A stretch of DNA of 32,000 bases from Demequinaceae bacterium (GCA_965250005.1 OZ252279.1:1800001-1832000); one strand, 5' to 3'. Positions 1 through 10,363 are shown, counted from the first letter of the stretch. Numbers and translations are program-made. Notes: generated from the sequence alone by a model not told the origin.

Positions 1-2
1 TG

Positions 3-386
3 TCCACCGGAGCCGTCTACGCGGAGTACGATCGCGCACTGGCCGACGGCGATCGCCTGGGTGTGCAGCCGCGTATCGATGAGGAGCTTATGGTGGCGCT
101 TCGCGCAGGGGACGCTGCTGGCGTGGGGGAGCGGCTCCACAACGATTTGCAGGATTCGGCGCTCGCGTTGGCCCCGCATCTGTCGGCGACGCTTGACTCC
201 GCGTTGAGCGCGGGTGCGCTTGGGGCGATCGTCTCGGGTTCTGGGCCCACGGTGGCTGCGCTGGCGCGTTCGCGGCAGCACGCACTCGGGGTCGCTGCGG
301 GGATTTCGGCAGCCGGAACCGCGGACGCGGTGCTGTGTGTTGAGGGCCCCGTCAATGGTGCGACCATCGTCGCAATGGACGTTTAG
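3..386 (+). CDS. ispE: 4-diphosphocytidyl-2-C-methyl-D-erythritol kinase, C-terminal part (5' end outside window)
   Basis: Frame open from the window edge: STGAVYAEYDRALADGDRLGVQPRIDEELM...; GHMP-kinase C-terminal motif GAIVSGSGPTVAALA near the end. Stop TAG at 384-386. Confidence 0.85.
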   Translation, partial: STGAVYAEYDRALADGDRLGVQPRIDEELMVALRAGDAAGVGERLHNDLQDSALALAPHLSATLDSALSAGALGAIVSGSGPTVAALARSRQHALGVAAGISAAGTADAVLCVEGPVNGATIVAMDV

Positions 387-523
387 CCGCCCGAATTGGC
401 TCGTTCGTCCCAAGAATCCACCGCCAATGTTCCGTTCCGCTTGCGGGTGGCTGGTGAGGGTTATACGTTTGCCAACCAATAGCGGCCACGGTTGGCTGGG
501 CGAGTTATCCCGAGGGGGATCCC

Positions 524-598
524 GTGCAAGTCCGAAGTCTGATTGTTGGCGCCGTCGTTGTCGCGCTTTCTGCATCCATGGCTCAGCCAGCTTCTGCG
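524..598 (+). other. Predicted Sec signal peptide of the giant RHS protein
   Basis: Short basic n-region, hydrophobic VVVALSASMA stretch, ASA-FE cleavage-like motif. Confidence 0.75.
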
Positions 599-3500
599 TT
601 CGAGGCCGTTGTTGCGCCCGTGCCTGCCGCTCAGTTCAGCTCCGAGACCCCTGCGCCGGCTCCGGATTGCCAGCTCTATCCGCTTGCGCTCTCTACAGAG
701 GTACTCGCGGAAGCCGAGGTGGGCATCAACTTTTTGCGTGTGCCGCTTGGTAATGGTACGGGCAACTTTTCGTTCTTGAGTTGGGCAGGCGTGAACGACG
801 CCGACGTGTTTGCCGCCGCGATCGCCGCTGACGGCGGCGCCGCTGGTTACGTGAACCCAGAGGACCCGGCAGACTCGCAGCTTGACTTGGGCGACTGGGT
901 GCAGGGACTGCCTGGTGTCAAGAACAGTTCTGGAGTGCGCGCCAACTTGGACGCTCTGATTGGCGCAGAGATCGCGGTGCCAACGTGGAGCGAACTACGC
1001 GGCGAGGGCGACGAGCTTGACTACAGCGTCGATGGTTTCGCGCGAATCAAGCTCCTCAGTTACAAGCTTTCCGGCAAGGGCTGGATTAGTTTCGAATACG
1101 TGGGTGACACCCAGTGTTACATCGAACCAGAAACGAACCAACTGCCGCTTGCTGAGGCTCAGGCTCTCGACACGGACAGCGAGACCCCAATTTTGATCGT
1201 GCTCGAAGGTAGCGACGCAGACGGCGATGCCATCACGTTTGACCTCGCGAGCCAGCCGGCGAATGGCGCACTCTGGGGCACCGCTCCGCAACTTACCTAC
1301 GTATCAGACGCCGACTACATTGGGCCAGATAGCTTCGAATTCACAGTGAATGACGGCTCTGACGATTCGCAGTTGGCAACCGTAAGTATCGATGTCGCGC
1401 GTCCCAACGACGCGCCCGTCATCACCTCGACGCCCTCACTCTCAGGACAGTTGGGCGACCCATACGATTACGCGGTCGCTGCCGTCGACCCGGACGGGGA
1501 CGCGCTCGCCTACACGCTCGCTACGACAGAACCCGGCTTGACCGTCGACCCGGCAACTGGCCTGGTGTCGGGACTGCCCCAGTCCTCCGCATGGCTCGAG
1601 GCTGTTGGCGGACCCGACCCTGCTTGCAAATCCTTCGACAGGAGTGTCTCCGAGCTCAACATGGAGCTTGGCTGGCATTGGAGAAGCCCAATCAATGGGC
1701 TGTCGAGCACTGTCATGGGTACTCCCGTGGTCGCCAGGATCGTTGACATTAATGGCGACGGTGTAGTGGATGAACTTGATCCGCCCACGGTTGTGTTCGC
1801 GGCGTTCCTCCGCACCTGGTCGGATGGTGCGTACGTAGTTGCAGTCAATGGGGAGACTGGCGCAACGCTGTGGATCAGTTCCCGGCGCAGGGTTTCCGGA
1901 TTCTCGTCGCCGGCAGTGGGAGACATCGACGGCGACGGCCGACTCGACATCGTCTATGTTGGCGCGCACGATCGCACGGAGTTGGTTGCATTCGACCACA
2001 CGGGCGCCCTGAAATGGATCGCCCCGACGGGGCCGGTCAGCCCCCATTTGCCCCTGCGCAACGCGTGGGACTGGGTTTCTCTTGCTGACCTTGACGCCGA
2101 TGGCGACGTCGAGGTGGTGCACGGAAACCGCGTGTTCGATGGTGCTGGCAACCTGCTGTGGATAGGCGCGGACACCACGGGTGGACACTCGGCTGGCGGA
2201 GTCGGATCGATTGTCGCTGACCTCGACCAAGACGGATTCCAGGAGGTCATCGCGGGCCGAACCGTCTACACCCATGACGGCCAAATAAAGAGCACCAATC
2301 CGGACTTGCCAGAGTTTGCATTTAATGCGATTGGTGACTTTGACGGTGACGGTGACCCGGAGATAGTCGTCAACGGCACGGGCGGCTCGAGCGGGATCTT
2401 TCTGGTCGACCACGAGATGAATGTCATCTGGGGGCCTGTTGAGCACCCGGGCGCATCGAGCAGGGTAGGTGGCCCGCCCACCGTGGCCGACTTTGACGGC
2501 GACGGCCACATTGACATCGGCATCGCCGGAGAATCTCGGTACGCCACGTTCGACCGCAACGGGGATGTGGTGTGGTCGCAGATTATCCAGGACTATTCGT
2601 CTGCCGTGACCGGGTCTTCGGTATTCGATTTCGACGGCGACGGACGGGCGTCGGTGGTGTTTGCGGATGAGTACCACTTGTACGTGCTTGATGGCCCTAC
2701 TGGCGTTCCGGAGGCCACTTTCTCCAACCGATCGGGCACGGCGCACGAGTTCCCCATCGTTGTTGACTCGACCGGCGACGGGCTCGCGAACATCATTGTG
2801 CCCGCGACTCAGACGCGTTTGAGCGTGGGCGGCGTCCGCATGTACCAGTCGGCTGATTTGTCGTGGATGCCTACGCGCTCCATCTGGAATCAGCATGCGT
2901 ACTCGATCGGAAACGTCAACGACGACGGGACCATCCCCGCCCACCCTGAACCCAGCTGGCAGACGCACAACACGTTCCGTCTCAACAGCCAACCTGATCG
3001 CACCGCGTACGGACTTTCGGACATCTCACTGGGTGGGCTCTCGCTGACGGGCGGCCCCACGTATCACACGCTCAACGTCACCGTTGAGAGCCGCGGACTC
3101 GCGGACTACCCCGGACAGAGCTCCGTTGAGTTCTTCGCGGTCGATGCCGCGGGCGTCGAGGTCAGTTTGGGCGAGGTTGCTGTGCCCGAACTGGTGCGCG
3201 GAAGCTCGCACGTTGCGCACCTCGTGGGAGTCAACGCAGCCGACGTCGAAGGCAAAGTGGTCAAGGCGGTTCTTCGCGAGCCTGCCGGGATGACGCAGTG
3301 CGACAACTCGAACGACTGGGCCGCCGCGCAGGCGGTCACGGTCACCGCAGAGGACCCGTTTGGGCTGGCGGACTCGCAGATTTACTTGCTCAAGCTCCAC
3401 GGGGCGAACACGGCGCCCACAATTTCGAGCGCGGCAGTTCAAGCCGTTGAGGCGCGCACGCTCTACGAGTACCCGGTGGTGGCGACCGATGCCGACCGCG

Positions 3501-6500
3501 GCGACAGTATCCACTACACGCTTCTCGATTCGCCCACCGGAATGTGGATCAATGGCGTGACCGGCCAGATTGTCTGGAAGACCGGCGATGAAGGGGTGGG
3601 CGATCACCTGGTCACCGTTCAGGTTGAGGACATTGCGGGCGCCATCGATGTGCAGACGTTCACGCTGACCGTCGGCCCGAGCCTCAACCCGCAGCTTCCG
3701 CCCTCCATCGTGAGCGACGCACCCACGCGCGCAACGGTGAACGGCGAGTACCGGTACCAGGTGCAGGCACCTTCGCCTGATGGTCTGCCGGTGGAGTTCT
3801 CGCTTGCGGTCCGGCCGGTGGGCATGACCATCGATTCGGTTACTGGCGAGATCGTGTGGACACCGTCGGCGTTCCAATCTGGCGAGGCCTTCGTTGTGGT
3901 CCGCGCGATTGACTCGAACCTCCACTTCGACTTGCAGGAATTCGTTCTCATCATCGCGTCTTCGGACACCAACGAGGCCCCACACATTACGAGCGCCACC
4001 GGCGATTTTGTGCTCGCGGGAGAAGTGTTCTCGTACCAGGCTCAGGCCGTCGACTTCGACGGTGACACGGTGGCGTTCGCAGTTCAGGGCGCGCCCGCAG
4101 GTCTCGCGATCAACGCCACGACTGGGCTCGTCACGTGGAACACCGCGGGCGTTACCTCGGCGCAGTATTCGTTCACGCTTGTGGCGTCGGACGCGCGCGG
4201 CGGCATCGACTATCAAGTGGTCACCGTGTCCGTGAACTCCGGTGCGAACGTTGCGCCTGAGGCCACGAGCACGCCGAACACCATTGTTGGGCTGGGCGAG
4301 ACCTGGACCTACACGTTTGCCGCGATCGACGGCGACGCCGATGTTCTCACGTACAGCGTCGAGGAAGGGCCAACTGGCCTCACGATCGACGCCGTCACTG
4401 GCGAGGCGCTTTGGGATGCATCCGGAGCTCAGCCCGGTGAACACCCGGTTGCTCTCCAAGCCACCGACGGTCGCGGCGGGTTCGCGACGCAGACGTTCAT
4501 TTTGCAGTTGGGCGACCTCACCGAAAACTTCCCCCCCACCATTGCCAGCATGCCAGCTGTCAGCCTGATCGTGGGCAGCGAATGGCAATATACGGTGCTC
4601 GCATCCGACACCGACGGCGACGCGGTCACCGTGATCGTCACCGAGGGCCCCGTGGGAATGGCCGTTGAAGGCGCAAACACCGTCACGTGGACGCCAGGCG
4701 AAACTGACGCGGGCGCGCACACCGTCACCATCGAAGCGCACGACGGGCTCGGCGGCGTGGCACGCCAATTCTTCACGGTCTATGTTGCGCCCGTAGGCAT
4801 CAGCATTGACCTGGCCCCGCCCACCATCAGCGTTGGCTCGGTATACGTGGAGCCGGGAACGCTCGTACAGCTCCCCGTGTCCGCCTCAGATGCCTCAAGC
4901 ATTTTGTCGCTGTTCTTGACGGTCGACGGCATCCCGATCGACATTTCTGCCGCTGGTATCGCAGAGTTTGTCGCCGGCGAGGCAGGCGCGTACCCCATGG
5001 TTGTCAGCGCGACGGACGGCGCATTCAACTCTGCGGTCGTATCGACGTGGATGATCGTGGGCGGCGTCGCTGACGGCGTGGCCCCCGAGGCGTTCTTCGG
5101 CGGCCCCGAGACGGGCGAAGAACTACGCACAGCCACCTCGCTGGTGGGTACAGCAAACGATGCAAACCTGCTCCGTTGGGAACTCACGGCGACCCCCGTG
5201 TCTCCCGCAGGCTCCGCGTCGATCATCATTGGCAGCGGGACGGACCCGGTAGTGGACGGCGAACTGGGCGTCTTCGACCCGTCGGCCCTCGCGGGCGGCG
5301 AGTGGTACCTCCAACTGGAGGTGTTCGATCAGGGCGGCCTCATCTCGACCATCGGCTACGTGGTGTCCTCGGTCAACGAAGCCAAGTACGGCCTGTTCTC
5401 CATGACGTTCACGGACGCCGTGGTGCCGGTGGCGGGAATGCCCATCACCATTCAGCGCACATACAACTCGGGCGCATCGACCCGGCCGGGCGACTTTGGA
5501 TTCGGCTGGGACCTGAGCCTGCAGACGCTCATGCTGGAGACCGACTACGCCCCGGGCGTGGGCTGGGACCGCGAGAACCAGGGCACGATCCTGCCCAACT
5601 GGGTGCTGCTGCCCGCCACATCCCACACAGTCACCATTCTCGATGGCGCCAGCGAGTCAATCGTCTTTGACTTCACGCCACGATTCCTCGACCCCGTATT
5701 CGATGGACGGTATGTTTCTGCCGAGTGGACCGAGCGGACGTCCACGGGCGCCACGCTCACCCCGCTCGACTCCACCGAACTGTTCCAGAACGACGGCAGG
5801 CTACTGTCCCTCGACAACCTCGAAACCTTCGTGCCTGAGGGTTACCGCGTGACCATGGCCGACGGCAGGGAGTTCACCTTCTCGCTGGAGGACGGCCTCA
5901 CCAACGTTCGTGACGCGAACGGAAACACGCTCACGATAAGCGACTCGGGCATCACGTCTTCTGCCGGCGCGAGCATTGCACTTGCCCGCGACCCGCAAGG
6001 CAGGATCACCTCGGTGACCACTCCCGGCGGACTAGTGACGCAGTACCGCTACGACGGTGCTGGCGACCTGGTCGCGGTCACGGACCCCGAGGGCTACGTC
6101 ACCAACTACGCGTACAACTCGAAGCACTACCTGACCGGAATCATCGACCCGCTGGGTCGCGTCCCGGCCCGCAACGAGTACGACGAGGACGGCCGCCTGG
6201 TCGCGATCGTCGACGCACAGGGCAACCGCATCGAAATCAACGCGGACCCGGACGCGCGCACCCAGACGGTCACCGACCGCCTGGGCAACGTGACGGTTCA
6301 GACGTTCGACGCGGGCGGCTACCTGATCGGCCAAGTGTTCGCGGACGGCACCACCGAGAGCTACGCTAACGACGCACTGGGCAACCGCACGTCTCGCACG
6401 GACGGTCTGGGCAACACATGGACTGCCACGTATGACGCAAGCCAAAACCGCACGTCCGTCACGGACCCGCTGGGCAACACCAAGACGTGGACCTACGACG

Positions 6501-9500
6501 CATCCAACCGCCTGATCAGTGCCACGGACGCGCTGGGCCGCACCACCGCAGTCACATACGACGCGCGTGGCAACGCCACCACGGTGACGTACCCGGACGG
6601 CACCCAGGTGACGTTCACGTACGACGCTGCTGGCAACCCCTTGACGGAGACGGACGAGTCCGGCCGCGTGACCACCAACGGGTACGACGCGACGGGACGC
6701 ATGACATCCACGACGTCCCCGGGCGGCTCGGTCACCAGCTACACATACGACGCGGATGGTCGTGTCAGTACTGTTACGGACGCCGAGGGTGGAGTGACCG
6801 CGCGCACCTACGACGGTCGCGGTCTGATAACCGGCTCCACGGATGCGTTGGGTGCGCTCAGCCAGTCCGGGTTTGACGCACTAGGTCAGCGGACCTCGTA
6901 TGTGGATGCGGTGGGCGGTACGTCGTCCATGGCTTATGACGAGCTGGGGCGGATGACGTCCCGCACGTCCCCCACGGCAGACGTGTCCACCTACGTCTAC
7001 GACGCTGAGGGCCGCATGGTTGGCTCCACCAGCCCTGACGGCGTGGTGCGCACCACCGCATACGATGTGCTCGGGCGAGTGTTGAACTCGAAGGTGGATG
7101 GCGTGACGGTGTCGAGCCGCACGTATGACGCCGCGGGGCGAGTTGTTACGGCGACCAACGCGACGGGCGCGACCACCACGTACACGTATGACGCGGCGGG
7201 CCGCTCCGTCGGTGCGACGTATGCGGATGGCACGGCAACCGCGACGGTGTTTGATGCGGCCGGTCAGGTGCTGTCGATGACATCGACGGCTGGCACGGTG
7301 TCGTATGCGTATGACTCGCGTGGGCGGGCAACATCAGTGACGGCCACCGATGGTGCCGTCACGGGCTACTCGTATGACGCTGCGGGCCGGGTGTTGACGC
7401 AGACGGCCCCGGATGGCGCTGTCACCACGTTTACGTATGACGCGGACGGGCGTATGGCGTCCGCGAGCGACCCACTGGGTAACACCGCACAGGTGTCGTA
7501 TGACGGCAACGGCCAGCGCGTGTCTGTGGTGGATCCGTTGGGTCGGACCCGGGTGTGGACTCTGGATGCGGTAGGGCGTCTGCTGACGTATTCGGTTGCA
7601 GGCCAGAGCCAACTGACGCAGATCTTTGATGCGGCAGGCAGGTTGACATCACGCACCCTCGGCGACGGCACCATCACCGCCTACACGTATGACGCTGCGG
7701 GCCGGTTGACGGTCATCGATTATGCGGACCGGGTGGACGCGACGTTCACGTATACGGATGCCGGACGCCGGGCGACGGTCACGGACCAGCGCGGCACGAC
7801 GTCCTATGGGTACGACTCACAGGGTCGCCTGACGTCGGTGGCCTCCCCGGAGGGCAACATCGGCTACGGGTATGACGCCGCCAGCCGGTTGACGTCCATC
7901 ACCACAGCCGCGGGCACCACCAGTTACACGCGCGACGCTTTGGGGCGTATCAGCGGCGTCACTGACCCTGACGGTGGCGTCTATCTGATTGCCCGCGACA
8001 GTGCGGGCCGGGTCAGTGCGGTCACATATCCCAACGGTGTCACGGAATCCTTCACGCGGGACGATGCGGGCAGGGCGATGGCTGTCACTGTCACCGACGC
8101 GCTTGGCACCGTGCTGGCCTCGCACACCGCGACCCGGGACGTTGCCGGCCGGATCACCGCGTTGGATGACGTATTCGACGCTGGTGTGGGCGCAGCGAAC
8201 GTATCCAGGGCCTTCGGATACGACGCAGCAGGCCGCCTCACGCAAGTCATCTCAGATGCCACAGGTAGCTCTTCGACCGTTGACTACACGTTGGATGGTT
8301 TAGGTAACCGGGCGTCCACATCCACGGACGGCACTGTCGTTGCCTCCACCGTGAACGACCTGGATCAGCTGACCTCCCAGGGCAGCAACGCGTTCACGTA
8401 TGACGACGCGAGCAGGCTCACCTCAGCCACAGGCCCGGGAGGTGCGTCCACGTATGCGTGGTCATCGCAGGGTGAACTACTCAACGCAGCCACTCCGGCC
8501 GGCACCATCAACTACGTCTATGACACCGATGGCAACGTCACCACCCGCACCGAAACCGGTGTGGCTGTGGACTTCGTGTATGACACCGTCAGCGGCCTAC
8601 CTCGGGCCGTCAGCGCCTCCGACGGCACCTGGTGGATATACGCAGACGGCATGATCCTCGCCCAACACACCGCTACTGGACCAACGACACCCGGCACCAC
8701 CGCCTATTTGCACAGTGACGTCCGTGGAGACGTGCGCACCGCCACCAATACTGCCGGCACCATCACCGACACCTTCACCTGGACCGTCGACGGGCAGCAG
8801 ACCACCCGCACCGGCACCACCACCGTCACCGTCGGCTGGCGTTCCGAGACCGTCGACACCACCACCGGGCTCATCTGGCTACGGGCCCGCTGGTATGACC
8901 CAACAACAGCCCGCTTCCTCAGCGCAGACCCGTGGCACGGCAACCCCGCCAACCCCATCAGCCTCAACCGCTACCTCTACGCCAACGCCGACCCCGTCAA
9001 CATGCACGACCCGACAGGGATGTTCACAACGACGGAGCAAACGTCTGCTGTGATCCCGACGCAAGGAGTCCTGTACGGGATACGCGGCATGAGCGTCACA
9101 CGTGCGCGTGCGATCGTACAGGCCGTTGTCGACTCCCTAGCTGCCTCAATAACACTGGCCTGGTCCGCGTACGCGGTGTTCGGGATTGACGACCCTGCGG
9201 CAGGCGAAGACGTCGACCGAAGCGGATCACGCGACGAGCCACTACCCGACATCGAGATATTCGAACGCGACTCTAACGACCCTGAACTCCAGCCCGCTGC
9301 AGATGGGGCGGGGGCGCAGAAACCACCCAAGAACTGTATGCCGCGGTCGACTCCGACGGGCGTCGATGAACTAGTCGAAGACGCGGCTGAATGGTTGGGG
9401 GCGGGGGCGCGCGTAATCACCAACGCGGCGGGCGATAAGATCTTCTTGTCGGCGGATGGGTTGCGAAGGATAAGGTTTGACATCAACCGTCCGTCTCCGC

Positions 9501-9592
9501 ACTTGTCTCCACACGCGCATGTCGAGGAGAAACTTGGCGGCAAGTGGACCGGGTCAGGCCAGTTGTATCCGTGTGACGTGGCGAGGAGGTAG
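524..9592 (+). CDS. Giant secreted RHS/YD-repeat (WapA-like) polymorphic toxin with Ig/cadherin-like and FG-GAP-like N-terminal regions
   Basis: 3022-aa ORF; GTG start preceded by a purine-rich GAGGGGG; Sec signal peptide MQVRSLIVGAVVVALSASMAQPASA|FE; repeated DxDGDG motifs; RHS-type PITIQRTYNSGAS...GDFGFGWDLSL; dozens of YDAxGRxxxxTxxxG repeats; core motif GLIWLRARWYDPTTARFLSADPWHGNPANPISLNRYLYANADPVNMHDPTG. Confidence 0.95.
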   Translation: MQVRSLIVGAVVVALSASMAQPASAFEAVVAPVPAAQFSSETPAPAPDCQLYPLALSTEVLAEAEVGINFLRVPLGNGTGNFSFLSWAGVNDADVFAAAIAADGGAAGYVNPEDPADSQLDLGDWVQGLPGVKNSSGVRANLDALIGAEIAVPTWSELRGEGDELDYSVDGFARIKLLSYKLSGKGWISFEYVGDTQCYIEPETNQLPLAEAQALDTDSETPILIVLEGSDADGDAITFDLASQPANGALWGTAPQLTYVSDADYIGPDSFEFTVNDGSDDSQLATVSIDVARPNDAPVITSTPSLSGQLGDPYDYAVAAVDPDGDALAYTLATTEPGLTVDPATGLVSGLPQSSAWLEAVGGPDPACKSFDRSVSELNMELGWHWRSPINGLSSTVMGTPVVARIVDINGDGVVDELDPPTVVFAAFLRTWSDGAYVVAVNGETGATLWISSRRRVSGFSSPAVGDIDGDGRLDIVYVGAHDRTELVAFDHTGALKWIAPTGPVSPHLPLRNAWDWVSLADLDADGDVEVVHGNRVFDGAGNLLWIGADTTGGHSAGGVGSIVADLDQDGFQEVIAGRTVYTHDGQIKSTNPDLPEFAFNAIGDFDGDGDPEIVVNGTGGSSGIFLVDHEMNVIWGPVEHPGASSRVGGPPTVADFDGDGHIDIGIAGESRYATFDRNGDVVWSQIIQDYSSAVTGSSVFDFDGDGRASVVFADEYHLYVLDGPTGVPEATFSNRSGTAHEFPIVVDSTGDGLANIIVPATQTRLSVGGVRMYQSADLSWMPTRSIWNQHAYSIGNVNDDGTIPAHPEPSWQTHNTFRLNSQPDRTAYGLSDISLGGLSLTGGPTYHTLNVTVESRGLADYPGQSSVEFFAVDAAGVEVSLGEVAVPELVRGSSHVAHLVGVNAADVEGKVVKAVLREPAGMTQCDNSNDWAAAQAVTVTAEDPFGLADSQIYLLKLHGANTAPTISSAAVQAVEARTLYEYPVVATDADRGDSIHYTLLDSPTGMWINGVTGQIVWKTGDEGVGDHLVTVQVEDIAGAIDVQTFTLTVGPSLNPQLPPSIVSDAPTRATVNGEYRYQVQAPSPDGLPVEFSLAVRPVGMTIDSVTGEIVWTPSAFQSGEAFVVVRAIDSNLHFDLQEFVLIIASSDTNEAPHITSATGDFVLAGEVFSYQAQAVDFDGDTVAFAVQGAPAGLAINATTGLVTWNTAGVTSAQYSFTLVASDARGGIDYQVVTVSVNSGANVAPEATSTPNTIVGLGETWTYTFAAIDGDADVLTYSVEEGPTGLTIDAVTGEALWDASGAQPGEHPVALQATDGRGGFATQTFILQLGDLTENFPPTIASMPAVSLIVGSEWQYTVLASDTDGDAVTVIVTEGPVGMAVEGANTVTWTPGETDAGAHTVTIEAHDGLGGVARQFFTVYVAPVGISIDLAPPTISVGSVYVEPGTLVQLPVSASDASSILSLFLTVDGIPIDISAAGIAEFVAGEAGAYPMVVSATDGAFNSAVVSTWMIVGGVADGVAPEAFFGGPETGEELRTATSLVGTANDANLLRWELTATPVSPAGSASIIIGSGTDPVVDGELGVFDPSALAGGEWYLQLEVFDQGGLISTIGYVVSSVNEAKYGLFSMTFTDAVVPVAGMPITIQRTYNSGASTRPGDFGFGWDLSLQTLMLETDYAPGVGWDRENQGTILPNWVLLPATSHTVTILDGASESIVFDFTPRFLDPVFDGRYVSAEWTERTSTGATLTPLDSTELFQNDGRLLSLDNLETFVPEGYRVTMADGREFTFSLEDGLTNVRDANGNTLTISDSGITSSAGASIALARDPQGRITSVTTPGGLVTQYRYDGAGDLVAVTDPEGYVTNYAYNSKHYLTGIIDPLGRVPARNEYDEDGRLVAIVDAQGNRIEINADPDARTQTVTDRLGNVTVQTFDAGGYLIGQVFADGTTESYANDALGNRTSRTDGLGNTWTATYDASQNRTSVTDPLGNTKTWTYDASNRLISATDALGRTTAVTYDARGNATTVTYPDGTQVTFTYDAAGNPLTETDESGRVTTNGYDATGRMTSTTSPGGSVTSYTYDADGRVSTVTDAEGGVTARTYDGRGLITGSTDALGALSQSGFDALGQRTSYVDAVGGTSSMAYDELGRMTSRTSPTADVSTYVYDAEGRMVGSTSPDGVVRTTAYDVLGRVLNSKVDGVTVSSRTYDAAGRVVTATNATGATTTYTYDAAGRSVGATYADGTATATVFDAAGQVLSMTSTAGTVSYAYDSRGRATSVTATDGAVTGYSYDAAGRVLTQTAPDGAVTTFTYDADGRMASASDPLGNTAQVSYDGNGQRVSVVDPLGRTRVWTLDAVGRLLTYSVAGQSQLTQIFDAAGRLTSRTLGDGTITAYTYDAAGRLTVIDYADRVDATFTYTDAGRRATVTDQRGTTSYGYDSQGRLTSVASPEGNIGYGYDAASRLTSITTAAGTTSYTRDALGRISGVTDPDGGVYLIARDSAGRVSAVTYPNGVTESFTRDDAGRAMAVTVTDALGTVLASHTATRDVAGRITALDDVFDAGVGAANVSRAFGYDAAGRLTQVISDATGSSSTVDYTLDGLGNRASTSTDGTVVASTVNDLDQLTSQGSNAFTYDDASRLTSATGPGGASTYAWSSQGELLNAATPAGTINYVYDTDGNVTTRTETGVAVDFVYDTVSGLPRAVSASDGTWWIYADGMILAQHTATGPTTPGTTAYLHSDVRGDVRTATNTAGTITDTFTWTVDGQQTTRTGTTTVTVGWRSETVDTTTGLIWLRARWYDPTTARFLSADPWHGNPANPISLNRYLYANADPVNMHDPTGMFTTTEQTSAVIPTQGVLYGIRGMSVTRARAIVQAVVDSLAASITLAWSAYAVFGIDDPAAGEDVDRSGSRDEPLPDIEIFERDSNDPELQPAADGAGAQKPPKNCMPRSTPTGVDELVEDAAEWLGAGARVITNAAGDKIFLSADGLRRIRFDINRPSPHLSPHAHVEEKLGGKWTGSGQLYPCDVARR
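1740..2680 (+). other. FG-GAP/VCBS-like (beta-propeller-type) calcium-binding repeats within the RHS protein
   Basis: Serial motifs DINGDGVVD, VGDIDGDGRLDI, LADLDADGDVEV, VADLDQDGFQEV, IGDFDGDGDPEI, VADFDGDGHIDI, FDFDGDGRASV. Confidence 0.75.
3410..4800 (+). other. Array of putative Ig/cadherin-like (He_PIG-type) domains within the RHS protein
   Basis: Repeated pattern APxIxSxP...GxxYxYxVxAxDxDGDxxxYxLxxxPxGxxIDxxTGxVxW, e.g. NEAPHITSATGDFVLAGEVFSYQAQAVDFDGDTVAFAVQGAPAGLAINATTGLVTW. Confidence 0.65.
5984..9019 (+). repeat. YD-repeat region plus RHS core of the main gene (parent of the orphan module homology)
   Basis: Many YDAxGR / YDxxGN repeats ending in the HDPTG core boundary; the same sequence recurs at about 10228-13180, 16096-19135, 20684-22350, 23926-24790 and 25787-26155. 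Confidence 0.9.
9020..9592 (+). other. Variable toxin tip of the expressed RHS protein (possible Ntox24-like toxin)
   Basis: After core-ending HDPTG: linker MFTTTEQ...PELQPAA followed by a domain ending IRFDINRPSPHLSPHAHVEEKLGGKWTGSGQLYPCDVARR. Family name is from recall only. Confidence 0.5.
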
Positions 9593-9597
9593 TTGGG

Positions 9598-9792
9598 ATG
9601 CAGATTCAAGATGAGGGCGGCAAGATCATCGCAACGTACGCCTGCCTGCAGTTGACAGTCCCCGAAGCGGAAGAACTCCGCGACAAGATCGAGTTGCTCC
9701 TCGATGATCAGAGTGCGGATCGACACGAACACGTCTCGAGCGCCGACTTCCAGACAGAGATAACCGTGTGGCTCGATCGCGGCGAGGCCTGA
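9598..9792 (+). CDS. Small putative immunity protein for the main RHS tip
   Basis: 64-aa ORF, ATG 5 bp after the rhs stop; strong AGGAGG (9584-9589) overlapping the end of rhs; contains HEHVSSADFQTEITVWL. Confidence 0.65.
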   Translation: MQIQDEGGKIIATYACLQLTVPEAEELRDKIELLLDDQSADRHEHVSSADFQTEITVWLDRGEA

Positions 9793-9897
9793 CCGAGGGC
9801 AAGTCAGGTAGCGGATTCGTAAGCCGGACGGTTCATCCAGTCGACGTGACGGAACTGCGACGGCTAGCGATCAGCGGCCGCACCAAACGAGTTCCTC

Positions 9898-10131
9898 GTG
9901 ATTCTGGACTTTGGCGGGAGTGACCTTTGGGCGTTTGTCTCCGCTCCGTCCACCGTAGGCCGCGAACGGCTTCCGGTGCTCTGCATCTCCGGGGGAAGCC
10001 CGGCGGAGACTACGGAGTTCTGGATTTCCGGGATGAAGGAATCGAGCCCCGGACGCCCCGGGGATTTCGCGGAGCCAGCGTTTTTGATTCTCGAGCTTGC
10101 GTTACTCGCTGACGGTGCAAAACTGGAGTAG
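9898..10131 (+). CDS. Hypothetical protein, possibly a displaced or decayed immunity gene
   Basis: 77-aa ORF from GTG; no convincing ribosome-binding site; frame also open upstream to a TAG. Position between modules is the only other support. Confidence 0.25.
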   Translation: MILDFGGSDLWAFVSAPSTVGRERLPVLCISGGSPAETTEFWISGMKESSPGRPGDFAEPAFLILELALLADGAKLE

Positions 10132-10310
10132 GCGGCGCCCCACGGGGTGACACCGCAAGGTGTGCCTCCGTGCCCCAGTTCAATGCGGACCGCCTGCGCA
10201 CCGCGTATGTGAATTCCGCGGGGGCGGCACCTCCTCATACGCGTATGACGCGGATGGGCGTATGGCGTCCGCGAGTGATGCGTTGGGTAACACGGTGCTG
10301 ATGTCGTATG

Positions 10311-10363
<53 letters not shown>

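Noticed and set aside
1442-2992. 516-aa minus-strand ORF
   Set aside because: Antisense to the coding strand of the giant RHS gene; biased R/V/G-rich shadow ORF typical of high-GC DNA.
3026-4768. 580-aa minus-strand ORF
   Set aside because: Antisense shadow of the Ig-like region; no recognisable motif and an overlapping, strongly supported plus-strand CDS.
6000-8600. Dense periodic repeats considered as a CRISPR-like or DGR variable array
   Set aside because: The periodicity is the degenerate YD protein repeat in an open frame; no spacer/repeat regularity, reverse transcriptase or template-repeat signature was seen.
9786-9811. Short inverted repeat CCTGAC...GTCAGG after the first immunity gene as a terminator
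   Set aside because: Only a 6-bp stem with no T-tract; too weak to call.
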